In this document: piece by piece, positions 24,146-35,669 of the stretch | Layout of the letters: each line of letters opens with the position of its first letter | Numbering within the stretch: the stretch's first letter is position 1 | Assembly (NCBI RefSeq): GCF_040938485.1 | Contig: NW_027270912.1 | Location: 682,001-746,000, forward strand | Direction of reading: 5' to 3' | From: Diadema antillarum | Taxonomy: Eukaryota | Length of the DNA: 64,000 bases | Position numbers and translations under genes: made by a program | Notes under the pieces: generated by a model | Databases searched by the model: none | Seen by the model: the letters and a program-made list of their open reading frames with translations, nothing else | Told to the model about the DNA's origin: nothing

Positions 24146-24605
24146 TTAGCTCAATTGATTTGGATAATATGATTGTATCAAATATCGTTTTAGTGAAGCT
24201 TTCAAAGAATAAATACTTGAACAAGACTTTATATTATCCGGGAGATTATTCCAAATGTCCGGACCCGAATGTCTTATAGATTTATGTGTCACTAATAATA
24301 TGGGATTCAAAAGGTGGAAATTTCTACATATACGAGTAGGGTACGAATGGACAGAAGTTTTGAACCTAAACATGTTATCAAACGATGATGGAAGTTGATC
24401 ATGTATATATTTAAACATAATTACTGCTACTTGAATAATATTCAAATAAAAAACCTTCAATGTTTTAAGCTTATGTAATAAAGAAAATGCCAGAAAATGC
24501 GATCCTGTACAAATACGTATAACTTTCTTTTGTAATTTGAATATAGAATTTATTTTGGTAGAGCCGCAAGTACCCAATACAACATTGCAATAACTTATAT
24601 ATGGG
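24146..24605 (-). mobile_element. 3' fragment of a CR1/L2-group (Crack-like) LINE ORF2
   Basis: PYISYCNVVLGTCGSTKINSIFKLQKKVIRICT...HSYPTR...WNNLP, closely similar to the C-terminus of the LINE at 48-50 kb. Confidence 0.85.
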
Positions 24606-25397
24606 AGAATTAAGGAATTATATAATAGAAATAAAGTTGAACGAGGAAGAAAGAACTTCAGCTTGGAAATTATCCCTATATTTCTAGAAATACATACTGT
24701 GGTGAGACCCTATCCTGGGGATGAAGAGATCATTGTTTATCAACCTATCATAATAGTCCACTGATTTTATGTCTTTATATAGTATAGTTCTTACCTTCCA
24801 GCATGATCGTGATCATCATCACCAACATCCTCATCACTAGCACCGCCACTACAACAATCGGAACAGCGAGATATTTTGTTACCCTTGGCAAAAAGATGAT
24901 GCAAAGATAGCACATGTATTGCTACATTTGTACTTAAACTATTTAGGAAAAACTGTACTGAACGTATACCTACCAACAAACTTCGGGGTATATGCGCTGA
25001 GGAAATATTCAGATGAGTCAGACTCAAATTGAACTCTTGATAGAAATGAGAAAATCTTCAACAAATAGCCTGGGGAAGTCAGCACTGCACTGCCAAAGAA
25101 GAAGTAGATGACTGTGCAAAGAGATTTTATATAATCTCTGTGTTGATACCAATAGCGCACGCTTTGGGGTCTTTGGATGCACGATTGTAAATCACTGCGT
25201 TGAATCTTGCATTATACGCGAGAATCTTATGCGCCATGACGCGCTACTTTACTCACACAAACAACGAACTCAAACTGCTTTATTGTATGCTCGGGACTGT
25301 AGAACGATCAAATTATTACGTTCAGAGCGTGCCAAATGACCTAACTTTGAAGCCTTTTTGGTATTTTATCAATAGTATATCCCAAGTCGTCACCTTT

Positions 25398-25975
25398 ATG
25401 CCGAAGCAGGCTGTTTTACCATGCCGGGTGACCGAGGAGTGTCGACAGCGTCTCAGCTCCTTCCTCATCGTCCTGCTCGCTCTCGGTGTCCTCGGAGGCG
25501 TGGCGCTCATAGGTCTTGCTCTCTACATACGAATTCGTATTCGATCGAAGGCCAGTCTCATCGAGGGCTATGACTTCGACCAGCTGCCCATCACCCTTCT
25601 CAGCGTAGGCGGCGTGACAGTGCTGTTCGACTTGATCGCCGCCAAGATCGCTTCCGACATATCGGACTCGTCGCGCAGGGAGAAACTGCGCTACGTCATG
25701 CTCGGAATGGTGGTCAGCCTATCCCTGGCCGACACCGGACTCCTCGTCGGTGGCTGCATGGCCTTCATCCAGCGTAGTCTCCTCACCAAGTCGCTCAACA
25801 ACGGACTCATCACGGCCATGAGGGAGTATAAGAATGACATCAAACTGAAAGTAGAGATGGACCTTGTCCAGATGGAATTTGGATGCTGCGGTAATAACGG
25901 CTACGAAGATTGGTTTGAGATTCAATGGATCAGTGACAACTACCTCAACAGACAGAGCATGGGTAGAATTGGGAG
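25398..25975 (+). CDS. PRPH2: Peripherin-2/ROM1-like tetraspanin A, exon 1 (start uncertain)
   Basis: TM1-TM3 and DLVQMEFGCCGNNGYEDWFEIQWIS (compare PRPH2 CCGNNGFRDWF). Donor AG|GT at 25975, phase 2. The start is either the ATG at 25398 or an upstream exon joined through CAG at about 25409. Confidence 0.85.
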
Positions 25976-26506
25976 GTGGGAGAGATTTCTTTTTATACAC
26001 AGAATTTCATTTTTTTTTTTAAATGAAGATTTTTCATCTCTTATGGAAGTCCCTAGAGCCTATAGCCATTCGATAGCAAGAAGAAGACTCCCAAAAACCG
26101 TAGAAAGTGCAAACGTCAGAAATTATTGACAGCAAAATAATATCAAATAATTATGTCAATACTTGCATGTCAGATCAGGCAAAATATAAAACCATTTTTC
26201 AAGAGTCACGAGTTGTTTCATACTTGCCCCCTTTTCAAATTTGAAAGGGAGAAATTCATTTCAAATGACTGTGATAATTAGACTCCTGATTAAACTTAAA
26301 AAGAGTAGTTGTATCTTCTTGTCGAGTATCTCCTAAATTCCTCTTCAATGTCATTGATGTATGGGTTGCGATGGCAAATGCAGTGGCCTTGATAAGAAAC
26401 TGTATAGAACAGAGACCACTAATGCTGTTGAACATGAAGTATTGCAAATCTGGATGTCGATCATTCAAACATGTTTCGTGTTAACTCTTTCTTTGTCTCA
26501 TTATAG

Positions 26507-26741
26507 AGACATGGAATCTGGCGAATTCACGAATGACGACACCCCGTTTTCCTGCTGCCATCCGAGGTCGGTGAGACCCTGCATCCACCATAACGTGCAC
26601 GACAACGCCGCCCACTACCGGTACGACTACGAGTTGAGCTACACGATCCACCGCACGGGATGCAAGCAGAGGCTGATGGAGTACTACAACGCGAGGCTCA
26701 GTAACATCGGGTCCGGCGTCATGGGCTTGTTTTCTCTCCAG
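26507..26741 (+). CDS. PRPH2: Peripherin-like A, exon 2
   Basis: TAG acceptor, CAG|GT donor, 235 nt, phases 2 and 0. Encodes DDTPFSCCHPRSVRPC...HRTGC. Confidence 0.92.
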
Positions 26742-27483
26742 GTTCGCTTGCTTTCTCCCCACCCCCTCCCCTCCCCCTCCCTTCTCATCTCTCTTAGCGC
26801 ATAGTTTCCTCTTGAATAATGATAATAGATAATAACAATAGTGGCCACTTGTATAAGGAAATTAACGTAATTGGAGTCCTCATTGGCCATGAAATTCCAT
26901 CTGAACTTGCCTACTTTTATTTTGCATTGGAGCAAGCAACATCAAAGTCAGAACCAGCCTGTACTGCATTACTATAATATTATATTACTTTGGACAAATA
27001 TTTCATGAATGACTTTTCAGTCATTCCTTTGGTCGTGCAAAGTTACCAACGTAATTCATGGAGGCACAATGTTTCACAGGAATAACATTAATTAGCAATC
27101 TATTGTATGTTCTGCATAGTGGCGTATAAGTGAATACCATTTGTTTTTAAAGCTCCAATTATATAGCTGACAATTTCTACTGGGAGCAGATACTTGATGT
27201 GGACAACCTTTCTTTTTGCCATTATCATTAAAACAAAATATTGCTAAGAATCGAAAAATCATTCATTCATCATTGCCACGTCAAATCGGCATCAACCCAA
27301 CAAAAGCACGAATACAATTTAAAAAATAAAAAAGCCCAATAATAAACAAGCAAACAAACATACAAAAACACAAAGCTATCTTTCTGTTTATTGTCGATCG
27401 GCACTGGGTCCTATAAAAAGGTGATTAAAGCAAAGATTTTGACGATTTGATGTCACTGATTTACTTTATTTCTATGTATCTAG

Positions 27484-27633
27484 TTTATCGCGCTCCTGTC
27501 AGCCCAGTACCTCAACTCGTCGATCTGCAATGCCTTGGATCGAGGCGATCCGGAGCGAACTGCCAAGGGGTGGATATTTGAAGAGTGCCCTCTTATTACT
27601 CTCTTCAAAGCCATCGCGGGGAATTTCGTTTAG
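27484..27633 (+). CDS. PRPH2: Peripherin-like A, exon 3 (terminal, short tail)
   Basis: TAG acceptor. Encodes FIALLSAQYLNSSICNALDRGDPERTAKGWIFEECPLITLFKAIAGNFV*, homologous to the PRPH2 YLQTS...GWL tail start. Confidence 0.85.
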   Translation, partial: FIALLSAQYLNSSICNALDRGDPERTAKGWIFEECPLITLFKAIAGNFV

Positions 27634-29938
27634 AGACGACAGGTGAACTAAGGGACACGAGAGGAATAGAAACGAGAACTATTGCATGATAATGTTCGTC
27701 ATCGATGATGGAACAAGGATATTAGCAGATTATGAATTGACAGAATTTCCTTGAATACATAGTTATATGAGAGAATAGTGCCTGCCTTAACCTCGGCTGT
27801 AAAATTGTCATTTCATGATTGATAACAAATTATAATCGCAGTGAAATAGTGGTTGATCAAAATCCCAGGTTGAGGATTCACAGGAAGAGACTATACTGAT
27901 TGGTGTATATTACTTTCTGGCATTTTATTTTTCTGTTACTATGACTGTAATATTGATGATGACGTGTATGCTCAACATTTAAAACGAATATGAAGAGTTA
28001 GATGTTCCCGACAATGATTTATATCATGCATGATGATCACTGTACAATCTCATTTTCATGGCCCTTGCTTGATTTGAGCCAGAGCGATGTTTCAAAAATT
28101 AATGTTCGGTTTGTGATCGGGGGTATGATTATAGTATGTATGCTCATCTGAGAGTTTGTAAAATGGGCATCTTAATCGGGATACATGGGAGACAAGAATA
28201 TTGATAATAACGTTGTGTGAACACGAATATCCTCACGATTATGCGTTTATGTTGCACGGATGTCGAGGGTATAGGAGACGAATATGGATAAGCAATATAT
28301 TGGATGTGTTGGGAGCTCCCTCTTCTTTCCCCTTTCCCCTCTTCCGTTCTCTTTCTTCACGGTGTCTCTCTTACATTCTTCTTTCTTTCTTTCATTCCTT
28401 CCTTCTTTCTTTCTTCCTTTCTCAATGAGTTCTCTATTTCCCGATGTTTCTCAGTTTCTGTCTAACTCGCTGGGTGCTTGGAGTCCATTGAAAGAACTAT
28501 GTAATAATATTATATATATCTTGGTTACGGTTCTTTAGATATTTTCATTGTAAGAGTTGTAGCAATACTCGTAAGTCATTATTTTAACGCGCGGCTTATA
28601 CGCTCAGTTCTAAGTTATGATCACGGTTGGTATACAAAGTCATGTAATCAACAAAATTGTTTCAATAATCAGCTATATTATCTTGAGGGCTTACGTAGGC
28701 CATACTTTCTTTCCATTGTTGACAGTATAATTCTTAAATTTGCTTGTTGTTGTTTTTTTCCTTGCAAGGACATTTTGAATGTGTCCGTGAAAGGAAGTAT
28801 TCCATGCAGTTGCATTCTATTCTTCAACTATTGTCAGCATGATTTATAGGTTTAAGCATGACGTTAATAAATCAGAATTATGGGAATCATATTGATGTTG
28901 TCTTGCATCGTTTGAAATGATAATCGTGTGCAAGATGGTTGTCAATGGTGAAGTTTATAGTTTACGTAAAAATTGTGTTAGTCGTACGTAATATTGATGA
29001 ACATTGTGAAGAAAGAGAGGAAGTCCCGAGAGAGAGAGTGTGTGTGTTGGCGGGGGGGGGGGGGGGGGTGGAGGGGGAGAGATGAGAAGTAAACGAGAGG
29101 GAAAGATCGAAATATGAAGAGGAAGAACACGATTTCCTTTTCACGCTCTATGAGCACAGTATTAATGATTCTTCCTTTGAAAAGTTGAGTAAAGAAAAGG
29201 GGATGTTCTCCGTGAATAAGCCGTCTAACTAGGACACCACTTACCCTCATAGATCTTTGTCACTTCATAGCAGTCACTGAAGAACAAATACAAGGTAAGG
29301 AAAAATAAAATTGGGCTTTAAAATCAAATCAGAGGAAAAACCATGTATCATACGGAATATTTTGTTTTGAACATCGGCTCTTATCATGACCATACATGTC
29401 CCCTGTTCCTCAATGACATCCTCAATCAATAATTTCAGTTTGGCCTCCTGAAATTTTCTCACTACTGATACCACTCCGAAGAGATTTTCTCCTCTTACCG
29501 GGAAAAGCTCTTTGGTATTGTACCACTCATGATCATTACAATGTTTTTGGTATCACTCACAACGGAAGATTGACAAGCTTCTTCTTGCTTATGAGGCAGC
29601 AGCAGCTAAGTAATGTCCCTCAATTATTGTTGTAGCCAAGTTACAGTCTGTGGAGTAGGGTGTGTCAGGTCCATGACACACTGAATTGACAAGCTGAATC
29701 AGAATAACGCTCTTACGCGCTATTTGTTGGTATGCGTTAAGCGTAATCACCATTGTCAAGCGCGCATTCACTTAAAAAAGCGCGCATACTTTCTGCATTA
29801 GCCTTGATGGCATCGCATTTTTTATTATCTCTCATCGTGGAGGCTTTGAATTCCAGTTTGTTTGTTTGTTTATCTGACCCATGGGTGCACAAGATCAAAC
29901 TGGAAACAGGATGAATATCTCCCAAAGTCGAGGGAAAA

Positions 29939-30501
29939 ATGTTTTTGGCCTGTGACCTGAGTGAGGGTTGTCGTCAAACTCTCGCCATCGTTCTCCTGAT
30001 GATACACATCATCTGCTTCTTTTGCAGCGCCGCTCTATGTGCTGTTGGGTTTTTTCTCCGTGTCAGTCTCGCGGCCAAGGTCAACCTCATCGAGGGCTAC
30101 GATGGCGACGTTCTGCCCGTCGTCCTCATGGCCGTGGGCGGATTCACGGGTCTCACCAACCTCGTCGGAAGCAGAATGGCTTTCGACATCGGCAAACCGC
30201 TGCGCAGGAAACGACTGCGGTGTCTGCTGGTCGCCCTCCTCGTTCTCCTGCTCGTTGTCAAAATCGCCCTGCTCACAGCGGGCATCATGTGCTTCGCCCA
30301 TCGCCGTCATCTGGCAAAGTCTTTCCACAACGGACTCATCAAAGCCATGGAAAAGTTTCAGAACGACCACAAAATCCGGTATGACATCCACAAGCTCCAG
30401 ATGGATTTCCGATGTTGCGGTAACGGCGGCTACGAAGACTGGTTTGACATACAGTGGGTCAGCAACGACTTCCTGGATCTTCAAAACCCAAACATTCAGA
30501 G
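29939..30501 (+). CDS. PRPH2: Peripherin-2/ROM1-like tetraspanin B, exon 1
   Basis: MFLACDLSEGCRQTLA..., TM1-TM3, LQMDFRCCGNGGYEDWFDIQWVS. Donor AG|GTAAGT, phase 2. Confidence 0.92.
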
Positions 30502-31552
30502 GTAAGTTTCTGAGGTCTCCCAACACGAACGTGACTTGTCATTTTCTTGCATAGCCTAAAACTGAATACTCTCCTAACCGTCGCCAGGCTGCACATCTGA
30601 ACCATGTCAGGTCTAATGGGAGACACCCAAAAAGTGTTCACTGTTATGATAACTAACGAGTCAAGAAAGAAAACAATTATCGTATCCATATAGCTCCCCG
30701 GCCACCCCACTCTGCTTCTATAACAAATGTATAATTTTTTTTTTCTCTCTCTGTCATTCTATTTGAAAATGATATTTGTTTTTAGACCAGATTCGGACAT
30801 CCGTACCCAAGGTTTCTAGTTCTATATTTTTTGTTTGTTCATAAAAAGCCTATGATAGTATAAAGCTTATTAATTACAGAATGTATAGATCGACATCATT
30901 CTCTTGACAGTCTCCCTATGCATAGCCTCAATGGAAACCTATTCATCCTGCGAATCATTTTCATCAATGGTATTAGTCCTTTTGTTTTACATTTCATCAT
31001 GTAACCACTCTATATTTTACAATCTTGATGAGAAAGTTTCTCCTTCCAATTCAGGCATACACGTGTCATGTTCTTTCACACATAACCATACACATAACCA
31101 TACATACACGGGGGGGGGGGGGGGGGTGACCGGGGGTTCGCTGCTCTGCTGTAGGAAGAATCCCAGGGGGATGAAGCGGAGTCTTACACAATCCCTACAA
31201 TGACTGCAAACTATTCCTATGAAGTGTGTTAATGTTGCATTATTCCCATATGCCTTACAGTTTATAATATGCGACCAAATTGTAGTATCTCTGTACGATT
31301 TATTACGTACATTCTGCCTTCCGTTTTATGTTGTTCTTTGCAATTAAATGTGATCAAGAATACAGTCACGTAAACGTAAAATCGAGTCTGTTTGTAATTC
31401 TGCCAGTTATGTCACTGAGTAGATTTTCGGTAAAGACAAATTTATTCCGTCAAGAACTGTAACCTTTTTAGACTCCAAAAGTTAGTATTCCTTTCACCTC
31501 GGTTTTTTTTTTGTTCTAATTCTCTCTCTTTTCATGTTTTCATTTTCTGCAG

Positions 31553-31787
31553 CAAGATGACGAGTGGACAGTATCTCAACGATGACGTCCCATTCTCATG
31601 CTGTCGGCCATCGTCGTCGAGGCCATGCGTCCACCACTTCGTGCACGATAATGACATCCACTACCGGTACGACTACGGCATCGACCTGACTCTCCATCGG
31701 ACGGGATGCAAGACCAGCCTCATGGAGTACTTCGGATCGCGACTCGCCAGCATGGGCGCGGTCACCATGGCATTGCTTGGGTTACAG
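31553..31787 (+). CDS. PRPH2: Peripherin-like B, exon 2
   Basis: Long pyrimidine tract plus CAG, 235 nt as in copy A. Encodes DDVPFSCCRPSSSRPC...HRTGC. Donor CAG|GTACGT. Confidence 0.93.
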
Positions 31788-32958
31788 GTACGTGCGGGTT
31801 GTCGTTGTTTTTTTTTCTCTCTCTTTTTTTTAAACGGGAAACTCCATCCTGCGCTCGCTTATAGTGAGAAGTTTGGCTGATAAAACAATCAGTCATTTTA
31901 TGGGTTCGTTAAAACCTGACACAAATAAGAGCGTTCATGGAAATTATGGAGTATGAATGTTTTGACTGTTTTAAAAGAAACAGTTATATCCATCCCGACC
32001 ACTATAGATCTTTGTTTAAAAGTGATATTCTATTTTTTCCCTCTTTCTATACATTCACAATACACAAAATGATAATACCTTCACAATAAACAGAATGACT
32101 GAATTGTGTAAAACAAAACAGAAACAACCAAAAAAAAAGAAAAAAAGATACAGAATATAATACTGGAAAACACTTCATTGTTTAACTCAATTATCGAAGA
32201 ACAAAAAACAACTCACAATGTATACCTTTATAAATCATATCACTCAATGAGCATAAAATTCAAACTTATACAGAGTCATGTCTCTTTTTTTTTTACTCAA
32301 ATAGCTTTTTATAATAATCGAAATCAAGGAAGATGTGAAATCATATTTCCCCCACCCCAATACCCAACCAGATGTAAAATTAGACAGAAGCAACACTGTC
32401 CTCATCTCTTTCAATCATCCATTAATACGCACGTCAGAATTTTTAATAAAAACATTCTTTTTATAGATCATTCATTGCAAAACACCATTGTTAAAACTAA
32501 ACCAGCTTGACGTGAGGGCTATTATATTGTTTTCTATTTTAGCTCACGTCAAAAAGGAACTTTACTGAAGGCTTGTGTGTGCAAGTGGAGACCTGTGAGA
32601 TCAAGACATCATTTCTTTATTTATGTTGTCATCTAATTTGCTTAAGAGGCTTTGTAAACGGGAATTATAAGTCTTCGGACTTTTCACCCGTCTGTGTGTT
32701 TTTTTTGATGGCAATAAACCTGATCAATTTTAATTTCAATTTCAAATTTCAATTTCAATTTTAATTTCAATGATGGTATTTTTAAGCGATATGAATAATA
32801 AGGGAAAACGGTGAAACGTCACGATTCAATGACTCTCAATTCTGTCTGTGATCTTTTAATGAAATTTTCGCTATTCTGTATTTGTTACGTATACCTGTAT
32901 AGGCCCTACTATAGGGAGAGTTAACATGAGTGCGGAATGTATTCAATGTATTCAGCGA

Positions 32959-33339
32959 CTGTACAGTACTGGTTGAGATGGGGATTCTTGTTTTGAACAT
33001 TCCTAAGTGAGATAATGAGAAACCTCTTATGAAATATGAAAGAGCATGTAATTTTAAGAAGGATTCAACGTTTATTTGATGAAAATTGGTTTTCAAATGA
33101 TTGAGATATCCCAAAAAGTGATAATAATAAAAGGCGACAGGCCACAACTTTATCAGGATCTCTTTGTTTCACCTTGTTTTTGGATATCTCAGCCATTTCA
33201 AAACCGATTTTCATCAAATAAACTTTTGATACCACTTAGAATTGCATGCTCTTTGACATCTCATAGAGTGGTTTCTGAATATCTCGCAAAACATTAAAAG
33301 CTAAATCCTCACCTCGACCAGAACTGTACACACCCTTAA
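32959..33339. mobile_element. Palindromic MITE in intron 2 of peripherin-like B, left end eroded
   Basis: Inverted arms TTTATTTGATGAAAATTGGTTTT/AAAACCGATTTTCATCAAATAAA and TGTACAG..CTGGT..GAG. The right end is CCC|TTAA. Confidence 0.6.
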
Positions 33340-34595
33340 GTTCACGGTTGAATGCTATCATGCTGCATTGCATTTGTCTGTAAATTCCACTGGAGTCCCC
33401 TTGTTGTTTGCAGAAGACATAGTACATTGTAATCCGTTTGGAAACCAAAGTACACAATTCAAATAAGTCTATGTGAAATTGAAATCAATATGACATCACG
33501 AGTCTCCGTAAGCGCCAACACTGTATTCACATCTGTTCTGAAATGACGAAAAGTAAACTTCGCGGTGTAGAAAATAAGTGTTTATACAGCTGTTAAAATA
33601 TGCAATAGAATTCAGTCACGTGGTTTTTTAGGAAGGATATTGTTATCATGTTGTTGTTGTTGTTTTTAAATATTATATGCACCTTTGGTAGAGAAATAAC
33701 ACTGTGATCATAATGATGATAATAATCTCTTCTTCTGTCGACAAATTGCGCGATTTGACATTCTCCAATGCCCTGTCGAAAACTGGGTTTGTCACGTCTT
33801 CCGCCAAACGAGAGTTTTGCATGAAGGAGATGTTTAGAAGCCATCACTGGTCTTCTAACGGTGTATAGGCGTGACATCAACACTTGAGTATATATAGGCA
33901 ACGCCCACAGAACACAGTTTCGATTCCTGTTGTGCAATTGATCATTTTTTTCTTCCCATTAGATTGCAGCTCCCCAATCTAATTTTCGTTGTCGTAACAA
34001 TATCGTAAAGTGAATGGAACATCTGGGACCAGCTCATTATGTGAGCCTCATATCATAAAAGATAAAAAGAAAAATGTGCTATAACGAGCTAGGCTATTGC
34101 TGCATATTCAAGGTGTTGCATCTTTAGCACTTTCTTTTTGCACGTCATATTTCGATTCTTGCTCATGGATCATCCATGTACGATTATCTTTAACAATGGC
34201 TCATGCGTAGCTCCATGGTTCATGCATGACCTATTGGATGATAGCGACTTTTTGCATCAGCCGTATAACTTCACTTAGTGTTCCCTGCTTTTTGTCTTCA
34301 AGGCATATGCTATGGTATTTAAAAAAAACAACAAAAAACTCCACAACATTTTCTTGGGGGAAAATTATTCCTTACGCTTCCCTCATTGAGAAAAGAAACA
34401 AATATAGGCACAAACAGCTCCTATATACAATGAGTGTATATTCGGCGTGAAATACGATACGCGTCATACGTTGCACATTAAAATTGTGTATAAGCATAAA
34501 TACATCAACATCTTCAACTTACGTAATGTGAAGACTAGGGTTTGCATACATTCTTATGTTTTTGTTTGTTTGCTTGTCTGTTTTTTACCTGCCAG

Positions 34596-35669
34596 ACGGT
34601 GGCTTCTCTCCTGGTCCGATACCTACAGACATCGATCACGACAGCCATAGAAGGAGGTGACCCCGAGATGACATCACCCGGTTTCCTGTGCCCAGGAGGA
34701 GCGGCAGAGTCAGGGGCTGGAGGGGGCAAGGTTGTGAGAGGATCCCTGGACGATTTCAAAGCTCACGACTTGGACTTCGAAGATGACGACGACACCTTTA
34801 TCGACGATTCGACGTTCGATGAAGAGAACTTTGAGGAACCGGTGTACGCGAATATTCAGGAGATTAAGGACGAACCGATTTACGCGAATATTCAGGAGTT
34901 TAGGGACGAACCAATATACGCGAATATTCAAGACGTTTCCGCGAATAAGGAAGAACCTATATACGCAAATATCATCGGCACAGCTGACAATATAGCCAAT
35001 AAGCAGCAGATGACACCGCCTCAGCGGCCCAGCGCGCCTCCAAAAGCGAAACCACCGGAAGTTCCGTCACAGAGACCCAATAAGCCCCCACAGAGACCCA
35101 ACAATCCTCCAAAGAGACCGAGCAATCCTCCACCCCAAAGAAATAAAGGAGCGCAGCCAAAGACTAGTACACCGAAAAAGACTCCACCACAAAAGTCTGT
35201 CAAAGGGACTAAAGGAGGCTCCCCATCCAAGCGGGACAAAAGTTTAGGCTCAGACAAAGCGAAAAGTCCTCAGAAAGCAAGTACAAAATCGAAGTCACCC
35301 GGAGCTAGAGGTTCGACCAAACGAGCAAAGACAACCAAACCGAGAGCAGGGAAGCAAAAAGTACGATCTTCAAGTAAGTCCAAGCCAGCGAAGGCCTCCA
35401 AAAAAATGACGAAGTCCCCGAAAACCAAGAGCGTCAAACGGAGCCCGAAAAGAAGCAGCGGTAAACAATCAAAGAAACGGAGATCGAAAAACAGGAACAA
35501 CAACATTTCACCTGATTCGAGCGAGAGTTTCGTCTCGAGCGGGACAGACTCGGCCACTGAGAGCAGCGAGGACTCGAGCAGTGCAACTGACGCCAGCACC
35601 TACGATCTCGAGTCAGGCTCTAGTTCCGATGAGTCGGATCCTTCGAGTGAAACGCCATTATTGCAATGA
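34596..35669 (+). CDS. PRPH2: Peripherin-like B, exon 3 (terminal, 357 aa, very long cytoplasmic tail)
   Basis: CAG acceptor in phase 0. TVASLLVRYLQTSITTAIEGGDPE...PGFL matches the PRPH2 exon-3 start. The frame stays open through four EP(I/V)YANI motifs and Pro-rich, Lys/Ser-rich and acidic blocks to TGA. Confidence 0.88.
   Translation, partial: TVASLLVRYLQTSITTAIEGGDPEMTSPGFLCPGGAAESGAGGGKVVRGSLDDFKAHDLDFEDDDDTFIDDSTFDEENFEEPVYANIQEIKDEPIYANIQEFRDEPIYANIQDVSANKEEPIYANIIGTADNIANKQQMTPPQRPSAPPKAKPPEVPSQRPNKPPQRPNNPPKRPSNPPPQRNKGAQPKTSTPKKTPPQKSVKGTKGGSPSKRDKSLGSDKAKSPQKASTKSKSPGARGSTKRAKTTKPRAGKQKVRSSSKSKPAKASKKMTKSPKTKSVKRSPKRSSGKQSKKRRSKNRNNNISPDSSESFVSSGTDSATESSEDSSSATDASTYDLESGSSSDESDPSSETPLLQ

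Noticed and set aside
24795-24885. Possible minus-strand exon with a GTAAGA donor
   Set aside because: The content is a degenerate GAT/GGT repeat, and I found no partner exon or homology.
25200-25397. N-terminal extension and 3' overrun (25976-26129) of ORF 25200-26129
   Set aside because: The composition is AT-rich and non-coding. Homology and splice phases restrict the exon to about 25398-25975.
25398-35669. One fused eight-transmembrane double tetraspanin
   Set aside because: Copy A ends in TAG at 27631-27633. Joining the donor-like site at 27642 to the acceptor-like site at 29927 puts the copy B ATG out of frame.
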